From positions 244,776,001-244,840,000 of the forward strand of contig OZ024740.1 in NCBI GenBank assembly GCA_964016885.1: a stretch of 64,000 bases of DNA, given 5' to 3'. The DNA is from Eledone cirrhosa. Its lineage: Eukaryota. Below the pieces are notes generated by a model that had not been told where the DNA came from, made no database searches, and saw only the letters and a list, made by a program, of their open reading frames with translations. Positions 1 to 11,499 of the stretch are shown here, one piece after another (position 1 is the stretch's first letter; each line of letters starts with the position of its first letter). A program made the position numbers and the translations under genes.

Positions 1-214
1 TAACACAAAACTTAAATATTAATTAGGGTCATCTAAAGGGTTAAAGAGACAAAGGTTCTTTATTCATAAAAGAGAGACTATACGAACGTCTGTTAACTGC
101 GTTAACATATAGATGCTTCTGTTGCTATACACTCAGTCAGCTGTTGTTGAAAAGAAAACTCCTCGTTTAGCAATTATTGACGTCCTGGGTGCTTGCTTTA
201 TGTATCACCCAGAA

Positions 215-394
215 ATAATAATTGTTTCTACTTTTGGCACAAAGCCAGCAATTACCCCAGTTCATTACTAGTGCCTCATTTTATCGACCCCGTAAAAATG
301 AAAGACAAAGTTAACCTCAGTGGGATTTGAACTCAGATCATAAAGGGCCGTAACTCTATGCTGCAAAGCAGTGTCCGAACCTCTACCGATACTG
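215..394 (-). mobile_element. tRNA-derived SINE with Nin/Deu-like core (young family, copy 1)
   Basis: Reverse complement matches the window's repeated consensus CAGTATCGGTAGAGG...CTGAGTTCAAATCCC...CTTTCATCCTTACGGGGTCGATAAAATAAAGTACCAG...TTGTGCCAAAAGTAGAAACAATTATT (B-box-like GAGTTCAAATCC). Confidence 0.85.
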
Positions 395-586
395 TTTAGA
401 AAGGTAATGAAAAATACCTTCAAAGTGCTCTACTCGAGGAACATAAATTCAGATATACGCCAGGAGATCTCTCTATCTCTCTCTCTCTCTCTCTTTATAT
501 ATATATATATATATATACGTTATTCCGGGTTGAATCGGAGGTAACCACAGTAAGTAAGGTACTCAATACATTGCAGAGTATAAAAG

Positions 587-705
587 TTTTAATATAGATG
601 AGATTCTACAGGACTAGAACTGTTTCATTCTTTAGAAATCATCAGCAATCCTGATGATTTCTAAAGAATGAAACAGTTCTAGTCCTGTAGAATCTCATCT
701 ATATT

Positions 706-709
<4 letters not shown>
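587..709. repeat. Perfect 59-bp inverted repeat (5-nt loop) carrying a hammerhead-like core in each arm; probable PLE pseudo-LTR inversion
   Basis: 587-645 is the exact reverse complement of 651-709. The arm reads CTGATGA-T-TTCTAAAGAA-T-GAAAC-AGTTCTA-GTC. The wider segment is flanked by (TA)n. Confidence 0.85.
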
Positions 710-767
<58 letters not shown>

Positions 768-1245
768 AATAAATTATCGAGAATCGGAATCTCGGCCCAC
801 GAAATAACGAAACACAATCTTCGAAATGCATGGCAAAGGGCTCAATAGTTTGGAAAAACCAGAGCTATAACTATCGTTTAATACCAACACATAGAGACAA
901 TGCTTAAAATCATTCGCACAGCCGAAAAACGACCAGGAAAATTCGAGTCACACAAATAATAAATTAATAAATGAATGAAAAATGTTACCCGGACCCGCTA
1001 GAAGGATGTTAAATTCTAGCTTTTGGGGTTTCTGCGGTTCCTTAATCAATTACCGTCAGCCTACATAAAAAATATATCTAACTTCTGGCAAAAAGACGAA
1101 CGAGGAAACCACTTTCTCAGCAGGCATTTCGTTCAAAAATACAGAGGCACCCGTTACTAAACGCACGTAGGGTCCAGCAAAGGAGGGAACCCCTATATTA
1201 GGCGAATGAATTAACTGGTCAATAGCTGTCTCGGCTAAACTGTAG

Positions 1246-1866
<621 letters not shown>

Positions 1867-2355
1867 CTACAGTTTAGCCGAGACAGCTACCCGAGTGTTT
1901 GATTCTCATTCGAACTTGAATATATTTAAATTCTGTTCCCGATGTCCACCAACAACACACAGACATTCTTCTGACCCACTCCATATTCTGCCAACCACAA
2001 TCCACCATATTCTATTTGTGTAGATAATCAATAGTCATATTAAGATGGCTGCTAATCGTTAGAAACGATGTTACGATGGAGTAAATATTTTATTCTACTT
2101 TATTATCTTTCCTTTAGTTATCTACGAGGACTCTAGGGATCGATCAATCAATTATACACTTTTGCAAAAATTGGTTTATTTCCAAGGAATAAATTATTCT
2201 GTGTGTGTGTACACATGTATGTGTACATATGTATGTGTACATATGTATGTGTACATGTGTTTGAATGTGCCTTTTTTATACTCTTAAAACAGTCACTATA
2301 CTAGATGTTTAAATTACTTAATAATATTATATCACTAATATTTCTTTTTCTTCCT

Positions 2356-2710
2356 AGGATGGTAACTTGGCAGACTCGTTAGATTATCCAGAATTGCAGA
2401 ATATAGTAAAAGATCTTTACGTTCTGCGTTCAAACTGTGCTATAATCGAATTTGTTTTTCATGTTTCTTCGATTCGGTAAAGCTAAGCACCATTCGAACA
2501 AATATCGGATATTGTAATTAGGATAGAGGCGGCAAATTGACAATATTGTACATAGGATATAGGCGGAAAATTGGCAATGTCGTTAGAGCGTTGGCTTAAA
2601 CGTGGTTTTGGTTTTTAACGCTCTGAGTTCAAATCCCACTAAGATCAACATTGGTTTCCATTCTTTCGAGGTCGATGAATAAAATACCAGTACAATACAG
2701 GAGCTGATTC
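2356..2710 (+). mobile_element. Two older, diverged copies of the Nin-domain SINE lineage
   Basis: TTGGCA..TCGTTAGA heads, GAGTTCAAATCCC, and TTCGAGGTCGATGAATAAAATACCAG resembling the young family core. Confidence 0.6.
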
Positions 2711-2711
2711 T

Positions 2712-2749
<38 letters not shown>

Positions 2750-4753
2750 CCTCTCTAAAAGAAATCGGCTATTTCGCCACATTAAAAATGTCCCGACAAG
2801 CCGTGTGTCAGGACGGCGCTCTTGTAATTCCAACTGCTATTAAGAGCCTTTTACATTGCTTACCTAGATTAGAAATCTACAGTGTTCATTCCCAGCAATA
2901 AATGTCCGAGATACTTCGACATTCTTAGTCTTGTGTTCTGAAAGAAATTATTATATTTAAGGTTAATTTTTTCTTCTTGGGTAGAGAAGGAATTTCCCTT
3001 AGACTCGGGACATAGCCTGAATGCGTGCAAGAGGGTGGAGTCCAATGAAGGCAGCCAATGCCAATGAGATAGTGTTAAAACAGAATAATGAATCTGTACA
3101 ATCAGGGTGTTGAGGAAAAGAGAATAGAAAGTAGAGACGTAATGGTTCAGTAGAGTAAGTACACGTGTACATATGGTGTTAGCAATTGGGTGTAGGTACT
3201 TACCCTTTGATGAGACAATACTCCTTCGCAAGATTACCCCCACCCCACCCCCAGCTGTTGCTGGTATTTGTTGTTTTCAGTTCAGTGGACTGGGGAAACG
3301 TGAAATTAACAGCTTTGCTCAATGATATAATGCGTCGACCAATTTGGGGATTGAACTTACTATTATGATTATGTACCTAACATCCTATTCACCAAGTCGT
3401 TCGCCAATACAGAAAGTGTTGCTCTCTATTACGTTAGGAACATCAAAGAAATAATAGTTACAGACATATCAGTCAAAGCAGAATAACGAGATTTTGATTT
3501 GTTCAATGAGAAAGGGTTAGAGTGCTGTGCTTATGTATTTAAATTCTTCGAATTGATCATTCATAATTCCTAAGAATTGATTCTACAGAGTTTCTATATA
3601 GCATAGAACTGTAACACCGCCTTTTGATTCCTGTGTAAAGTGTCACATGAAAGGAATGCTGTTGTATAAAAACATTCGTTCGGTTATCTGGAGTAGTAAA
3701 ATCAATAAGGAAGAATGAATACTACATTAAGTTGGTTACAATAAATTTCAAATATCACAGACGTCCTTGAAATCTTGTAACTCTTCCCTGATGCATAGCG
3801 GTTTTATGTTACATTAAGTTAATCTTTTACAAACGTTTTCAAGATACGTTAATGAAGATTACATGAATTTAACAAAGTTTATGGTGACGTTTAGTTAGAC
3901 AAAAAAATCGTTAACAATAAGTCTTTTTATTCTTTGAAGGTTAACATAATTGGCAAGTTATTTTATTGTGTAATATAAACTTTAGCATCAGAGAAAACAA
4001 GTATAGGTTTGGGTCGGCAACAAATAAACCAAGAAAAAATGTTATTTATAGAAGATGGAGGTCTGTGTTAAAGGTAGGTATTTTTAGTAAGTTGTTTATT
4101 GTATTCGATGACGATATGGTTTAGATGCAATCATTCGTCATCTTTTTTGTAACGAATCAGTTATATTTCGATTGGAGACTGCTGTCAGAAGCGTTGCATG
4201 TTTTCATGTAAAACGACGAGCTTTGTGTTGTATAACATTGATGTGTCGTGAAAATAAATATTAAGATAAGTAAATGGACTGTAGCGTATTTCATGGACAG
4301 TAGCCTCACACAGTGATACTATCGCATTCAAAACAAAATTTAACAAATTCGATAAAGCTCTATACAATTTTTAAGTTATTACATTATTCCAAAATGTTAC
4401 TGTCATTATTCAAATGATATGATAATGAGACGTATTCTACAAAACTGTGAAACATAAGAAAAATATTGAATAATTAAATAAATACTAATTTTTTTCTGGT
4501 TAAGTAATGTTTACACTACTTCTTAGGAATACACGCAGCTATATAATGTGGGGTGTAATCTGGCTTTCTACGCCGTTTAAAAGAACTCAAATTGGAGTTT
4601 GTTTAAGTATATTTCCAGAGCAAGTTATTTCTACTAGGAGCAAATTATGTCACGTGGCAGATATATATTAGTCATGTTCATGTGACTAAGTTAGTCATTA
4701 TATAGTGTAGGAGGTCACTTGCTTTCCGTTTTAGCTTATAGGTATACATATAA

Positions 4754-4786
<33 letters not shown>

Positions 4787-4859
4787 TGTATGTATGTATG
4801 CTTCCCTTTCTCTTAATTTCGAGTACATTTTTTACCGGCCACCTTCCTGTTGGCAAGGT

Positions 4860-5330
4860 TCTAAAAGAAAAGTAATTATCATCCCTTGAATCGCAAGAAT
4901 GTTTTGCAAATTTTGAAGGTACCAGCTATCGCAGCCATTTGTAGTCTGTGAATTAGGGAGCTGCGCTCTTTGTCCACAACTCCAGGTTCAGGTATACTTT
5001 GGTCCAAGCGGGTTGGTATATAACCTGTAGCTCCAATAATGATGGGTATGAAGCTGAATGTATACTGAATTTTTCTTACAACGTTGATATCAAGTGAGCG
5101 GCTGATCTCTACAACAGAGCACGTCTGTGTGGTCCCAAACAACAATATCAGGCCGGTTGTGCTTTAATTTAGTGGCAGTTTTTATTTTCAGGTTCCACCA
5201 GTATTCTTTAGTGCCATCTATCTCAACATATTCCTCCTCATTTGTTTTTAATTTTGTTTTCCCAAGTGCGTTCCAGATGGTTCTAGTGCCCATCATGTTT
5301 CCTTCATATGCTACGGCTCTTTCATGATGG
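4860..5330 (-). mobile_element. R4/Dong-like non-LTR retrotransposon, 3' REL endonuclease fragment
   Basis: ORFs 5090-5296 and 4879-5145 give WWNLKI...HNRPDIVVWD...VVEIS...PIIIGATG...LQMAAIAGT, the PD-(D/E)xK-type REL domain typical of R2-group LINEs. Confidence 0.8.
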
Positions 5331-5429
5331 AATGGTGGCTAAGTTCTCAGTATTTGGCGAATCGTCTCTGCTCTTTGAGGTTTGTGTAAGTATTAAAAAG
5401 GGATAAGTTCTTGCTCTAATTCTACTACG

Positions 5430-6005
5430 ACATGGATGTGAACGGTGGAATACATGTGAGATATCGATTAGACGGAAGTTTTTCTGCATGCTCTAGAACT
5501 TCGATCATGTTCATATATGCGGATGACGCTGTTTGTGTATCCGTTCCTTCTAGCAATCTGCAAAGAACCCCCGTGTCTCCAAATTCAACTTATCAGCAGA
5601 TAGGATACTCAGAAGACCCTTACACTGCACTTTTCATTCAAGTATAATAATAATCCACCACCCACCTAAACCAAGTTTTAAGCTGCAACTTTACTTGTAT
5701 ATTTTGGGTGACACAACTTTGACTACGGAACTTAATGACAGAATCAAACAAAGTTCGTTTTTATTACGAAGGGCAAAGTTTATCAAGCTGTCTCTGTCTT
5801 AATTCTGTTGTTTTGGATACGTAGATGCTTTACAGAAAGCAAATTAAAACAGTTTCTGCAGTATATCATTGGAATCGCTTGGGTGGGGAGACAACATTCC
5901 TCATACTGAAAATACATTAGTGTTGCAGCAATAATCATGAAGTACATCCTCAGCTGAATCGGACACGTAATCGGCATGAGTGAGTCCCGAATGCCAAAGA
6001 TAGTA
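5430..6005 (+). mobile_element. Highly decayed RTE-like LINE RT fragment
   Basis: GIHVRYRLDGSF...FIYADDA, and near 5955-6000 IGHVIGMSESRMPK, resembling RTE-clade RT and thumb motifs. Confidence 0.6.
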
Positions 6006-6869
6006 ACTAATAATAATACTATTTATAGTTATGTATATACTATAAACAACTATAAACAGGAAAGGTCAGTAATTACCTACTACCTTATTACCAGTAAGAG
6101 AAATAGCTCAATGTAAGAACATCAGGTGTTTTACAGAGCAGGAAAATAAATTAGACAATTATCAAAGTTGTGTTCAAATCATTTAATAGCTGAAAATCGT
6201 TTCTTCCAAACTTTCGTTTGGAGTCATCGGAGTATTATCAATGTTTGTACATATAATTAACCTCCTATTCAACTGAACAATCATATAGATACATATATAT
6301 TGATGTTGTGAGCAACAGTTTCGTATTTACAGGGTATACTGGAAGCGACATATATTAAACGAGAATTGTACAATAATTCCAATTAAAATCACAGAGTGGA
6401 ATACATGCAACAGATAATACAAAATAATATTCTAATAATTAAAGAGTCATTGAGAAAGAAGCATTTAGAGAGGAATAGTACATTAGCAATACACATACAG
6501 GCGTGTAGAAAGTGCACATGCGTTAGTCATATATATGAGAAGGAAATAAGCAAAGGTATTATGCATATATAGATAAATAAATACTGTTTATCTATATATG
6601 CATAATATTATTTATCTATATTTATCTATATACGCATAATACCTTTGTTTATTTCCTTCTCACACTTTCTACACGTTTATATATATATATATTAGTATAT
6701 CTGTACACACAGACACAGAAACATACACACACACACACACACAAACTATGTGTGTCTGTGTGTGTGAGGCGGAGGGCGTACGTGTATTGTTGAACAACGA
6801 GTTCCAGGTGTTTGATCAACCTGCTCGTCAAATTAACAAGTGTTTTTTAAGCTTCATATCATGTATCCC

Positions 6870-6940
6870 TATTTTATCTGATGAAAACGCAGATATCATC
6901 CCATGATGATATTTGTTTATGAAATGCGCATAATAAAATA
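6870..6940 (+). ncRNA. Minimal type I hammerhead ribozyme (PLE-type)
   Basis: Stem I TATTTTAT(6870-77)/ATAAAATA(6933-40); core CTGATGA(6878-84); 16-bp stem II with 2 mismatches and CCAT loop; GAAA(6921-24); palindromic TGCGCA; TA cleavage site (6931-32). Confidence 0.85.
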
Positions 6941-6975
6941 CTTGGAACTCTTTTAACCATCTTTTGATCTTATAT

Positions 6976-7007
<32 letters not shown>

Positions 7008-7011
<4 letters not shown>

Positions 7012-7196
7012 CTTTATTTACCATAAAGGCATAAAAAGAAGGGACAAATACAAAGGGGGAGTTTACATAAAACCGAGTAAAAAGGGTATAAAATGAAAAT
7101 AATCGAAATCAACCTCAAAAGGGAGGGGACGTGGTGGGGGTTGCACACATCTCCGAAAAAGTGTGCAACCTGGGGAGCACATGGAGAAGGTGCTCC

Positions 7197-7200
<4 letters not shown>
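7008..7200 (-). mobile_element. Tx1-like LINE 3' UTR fragment inserted in (TA)n
   Basis: TTTCTTTATT...AAAAGAAGGG(G)ACAAATACAAAGGGGGA matches the 3' ends at 36517-36575 and 41493-41550. (TA)n lies on both sides. Confidence 0.8.
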
Positions 7201-7232
<32 letters not shown>

Positions 7233-7234
<2 letters not shown>

Positions 7235-7418
7235 AGGGGGATTGGCAGTATCGGTAGAGGGTCGGACGCCATGCTTTCCAGCATAGTTACGTCCCTTTAC
7301 GATCTGAGTTCAAATCCCGCCGAGGTTGACTTTGCCTTTCATCCTTACGGGCTCGATAAAATAAAGTACCAGTAATGCACTGGGTAATTGCTGGCCTTGT
7401 GCCTAAGGTAGAAACAAT

Positions 7419-7420
<2 letters not shown>
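7233..7420 (+). mobile_element. Nin-domain tRNA SINE, young family
   Basis: Near-exact match to the family consensus; sits in (TA)n. Confidence 0.9.
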
Positions 7421-7452
<32 letters not shown>

Positions 7453-8824
7453 ATCAATGGGTCAGTAAGAAACGATCTTAATCTTCAATTGTTGATGTAA
7501 ATAGATAAGCCCCTATTTCCGGGTTCGGCACCTTGGGCAAGTGTTTTCCACTAAATGCTTAATGAGTGAAATGTGGTAGAGGGTAACTTTGCAGAAATAA
7601 GTCGCGTATGCAAATGTGTGTTTGTGTGTGTGTGTGTGCGCACGCGTCTGTGTGTAGGAGTGTATGTGCTTGTCTGCGTGCGAATGTGTATGTGTACGTG
7701 AGTGAATATGTGTATGTGTGAACGTGTATGTGTGTGTGAGCGCATGCATGTGTAAGTGTACACGTGCTTATGAGTTTGTACATCAGTGTTTGTAAATTGT
7801 AAACATCTGAAAGGTAGGTTTATTATTCAAGAGAAATAACTCTTCAAGTATGTCAATTTTCTCTCAATAAAGAGTTGTGTCCCTTGAAAATATATTTATT
7901 TAATTTGTTTCTCTTAGATGTAGAGTGGTCTAGTCATCGGTGATTCTCTTAGGTTCGACCCCCGGATCTGTGAGGAAAACAAATTCCGTTGTAAACCTAT
8001 GTTGGAAGAATTCGGCTTTCACCCACTGCCATGCCGTCAGAATGCCGCTTTCAACGAGATCATTAAGTATGGGTTAAACGCCGTTGTGTGGTAATCCCCT
8101 CATCTGGGACGAGGCATCTAGGGACACTTTCTTCAGCGGCAACTTGATGCATTTGACAGACCCGGTCGCTTTCCGATAGTTTTGACGTTGAACCTGTAGC
8201 GATGGAGACTTCCAGCGTTCTTGATCCCCGAACCTCCTCCCTACTTACAGCTATTAGGATGGAGGTAGACACCTGCAAGTATGAGCTCTCTGAGTTAGAA
8301 TGACTATTTCATTGCGTCCTCCTGGTTATCCTCTGGAATAAGGCTTTCTGTATTGTGTCCGCTGGTCGACGAGATGTTTTACACCTGGGGTTCCACACAC
8401 CAGAAAGCGTTCTCCCACACTGACCGGGCTTGTATCACTGGAGTAATGATGGTGTGTCTATAACACAAACCTATAAAACAAATATCTATCTAGATATTAG
8501 ACTTTATAGGTGTGTTGTAATTATTTAGAATGGTTTGTATTGAGCCACAAAGATGGCCGCTACCTTAGAATTCGGCTCGAATTCAATTTTTTTAACTTTA
8601 CATACTACTTTATGTATTTAAAAAAAAGTCATAAATCTCACAATTTCTCTTCAGTAAAATTATATTTTATATCCCTTTAAAAAACACATCTGTTTTTCAA
8701 TAAGAACAGTAATTGTATGTGTGTGTGAATGTGGGTGTGGAGGTGGGGTGTATTGATAACAGTGCCGTTTTAGACAATTTTTAAAGAAGAAATGATAAAA
8801 TATATTGAGATAGGAAGTTCACAA

Positions 8825-8914
<90 letters not shown>

Positions 8915-9728
8915 TAAATTCAAGAGAATATATCTCGATGACAGAGGTACATACCTGTTCAATTAGTTTCCACGATTACTGAACTATCTCCTGGATTCTT
9001 TCACTCACATTTAAAGTCTAAGGAACATCATTGCCCTTTGAAGGTAAGTATATGTTTTAATTCTTTTAAAAAAATACCCTAGCTAATTTTCTATAATCAG
9101 GTTTTGTCATCATAAAAGTTATAAATATTTTATTTAATGTTAATAATTCCATTTATCAAAACCCAAGGAATACGATTCAAACTTTTCAACAGCAACAACA
9201 ACAGCAACAACAACAGCAACAACAACAGCAACAAAAATAGCCACCAGAACATGCTAGTAGCAGCAACTCCTAAAAGACCAGTTCAAATTTGCTTTTTCCC
9301 CAAAGTACTCAAGTGACTGAACACTACCATTTTCAACATCTAGAAGAGGAGCTGATAACTCTTCAAAATGACATTGAGTTGAAACCTAAATTCCGCAAGT
9401 GGTATCAAGAATTTTGGCTTCAAAAGGCTATCCTTGGCCGCTATCTGGAGCTTTGGAAGAAAGTCAAATTGTTCTTCATTGCCTTTCCAACATCATATTT
9501 GGTTGAGAGAGGATTCAATGCGGTCACTCTCCTTCTTACAAAGCAGCGGAGCAAGCTTTGAATCACGGAGAGTGGAAATCTCAGACTTATTCGTAGTACA
9601 ATTCAACCTGAGTTTGAGAGGCTACTTTCACTTCCCCAAACTCATCCTTCTCATTCAACCCCTCCCTATAAACCTATCTGGATGGTCTGTTTTAGTGGTA
9701 TACTATTGACTGCTCCGATATGCGTTGA

Positions 9729-9846
9729 AGGCGTATGGCCGAGTGGTTAGAGAATTGGATTCCTAATCGTGAGGTTGTGAGTTCGATTCCCGGACCGGGC
9801 GATGCGTTATGTCCTTGAACAAGACACTTTATTTCACGTTGCTCCT
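9729..9846 (+). mobile_element. tRNA-derived CORE-like SINE
   Basis: A-box TGGCCGAGTGG, B-box GAGTTCGATTCCC, then GTCCTTGAACAAGACACT (CORE-like). Confidence 0.7.
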
Positions 9847-9986
9847 TCTACCTGGAGTTGCGACCGATAGAGAGTATTAGCAATTGGAAAGACCAACGGA
9901 AACATTGTTTCCTCGGTCCGATTTGACGAAAGTCGATCGACTGTCGATATGCGTTGAAAATGTGTGCATTATTTTATTGAGTAGGA

Positions 9987-10162
9987 TTGGCAGTATCGGT
10001 AGAGGGTCGGACGCCATGCTTTCCAGCATAGTTACGTCCCTTTACGATCTGAGTTCAAATCCCGCCAAGGTTGACTTTGCCTTTCATCCTTACGGGGTCG
10101 ATAAAATAAAGTACCAGTAATGCACTGGGTAATTTGCTGGCCTTGTGCCTAAAGTAGAAACA
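9987..10162 (+). mobile_element. Nin-domain tRNA SINE with 19-bp TSD
   Basis: Family consensus; TSD ATTATTTTATTGAGTAGGA at 9968-9986 and 10163-10181. Confidence 0.92.
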
Positions 10163-10524
10163 ATTATTTTATTGAGTAGGAATATATTTGCATATGTAGA
10201 AAGGTCTCTTTTTTGGCGGTGGATTGGGGGACACTATAAATTTATTATCTATATTATTATAGTATTGTATACATATGATATAATAGTATATTAAATATCA
10301 AATGATACATAATATATATAAATATAGTAAACTAAAACATATGTAATATTTATTATATAACGATCTTATTCATTATATATAAATTAACGATCTTATTCAT
10401 TATATATTATTTAAAATGTCCGTGTAGATAGGTAACTCTGGAAATAGGGATGGGGCACTGAGGGTATTACGGGGCTCTGAGGGGGTGGTGGCCCCAAAAA
10501 TTCGAGAACCTCTGATTCAGCCTC

Positions 10525-11150
10525 ACTAGAGAGGAAGTTGACATTATTCTAATAGCTAGGAAGACACTCATAACATTTGAAAATAAACTCTGGGAAAGAC
10601 TCGACAGACCCGCACAAATCACTGACGTAGTAGACCTTTATCCCTTATGCAAGCTTGCAGAGGAGATCCCTAGTATAGGAGGCAGACTATACAGAGACGA
10701 CGCTCTGTTTTTCAGTTTATTAGAACGACTACACAAACGACGTAGCTATTTTTTTTTAAACTATAGATTGACAGTAGAAATAGAACCCAACACAAGGACC
10801 GTAAATTTCATAGATGTGACGTTAGGATTGGTCACCGGTTTGTACCACCCATACCACAAACCCAATGAAAATCTACAATACGTGAATAGATACCCTAACC
10901 ACCCAAAGGTCATTCTGAGTTCAAATCTCGCCGAGGTTAACTTTGCCTTTCATCCTTACGGGGTCGATAAAATAAAGTACCAGTAATGTACTGGGTAATT
11001 GCTAGCCTTGTGCCAATAGTATAAACAATTATTAACTCTATAGTTAAGAGTGTCTTCAAACGAAAACATCTTCAACCAGTATGCCGAGTATTACAACTCA
11101 GCACTGGCCTGGGCGGAGTATGAAGATAAGCTACAATATGACGACAACAA
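10525..11150 (+). mobile_element. Penelope-like element RT fragment (decayed)
   Basis: RLYRDDAL (~10683-10706), VNFIDVTL...YHKPNENLQYVNRYPNHP and SSNENIFNQ...YNSAL are PLE RT and thumb motifs. Interrupted by a SINE. Confidence 0.8.
10915..11032 (+). mobile_element. 5'-truncated Nin-domain SINE inside the PLE
   Basis: CTGAGTTCAAATC...GGGGTCGATAAAATAAAGTACCAG...AAACAATTATT. Confidence 0.88.
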
Positions 11151-11499
11151 TGATAAAGCGGCACAACTCAAACTTCACAGGCCTTTCACCGCACGTACAC
11201 ATAGCAACGTGCCTGGCATGGTAACCGCGTCCCCAGACTTAGCCACAGCCGACCAGGCGGACAAGGATATACACCACTGCCACGGAGCGGAAGCCAGATC
11301 TTCCTAGTCCACTCGTAGTATATCGCATCCCTACAAGCTTACATACGACACAGACTCATAAGCTAATAAATAGTAGAATACCCAACGACAGAGAATGGAA
11401 AAATAATGAGCGTGACCGACCATACACTGAAGAAAATCACAGAACTGAGCCATACAACACTATCAGGAATAGATTCCAATAGCCACACCAAAACGTACC

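Larger units (their letters stand above)
9289..10514 (+). mobile_element. hAT (Buster/Charlie-like) DNA transposon 3' remnant
   Basis: ORF 9289-9561 EELITLQND...FW...FFIAFPTSYLVERGFNAV...KQRSKL resembles the hAT C-terminal dimerisation domain. Terminal ...TTCGAGAACCTCTG (to 10514) resembles a Charlie-type TIR. Confidence 0.75.

Noticed and set aside
7919-8465. Possible solo LTR (GC-richer block, TGTAGAG...CTATAACA)
   Set aside because: No matching TSD, PBS or second copy in the window, so it cannot be supported.
8975-9050. Possible host exon ending AAG|GTAAGT (also TTTTGTAG near 22866-22874)
   Set aside because: These are isolated splice-like motifs with no recognisable coding content or partner exons.
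9729-9800. tRNA gene-like sequence
   Set aside because: It is a SINE head that continues into a CORE-like body; no complete acceptor stem or terminator.
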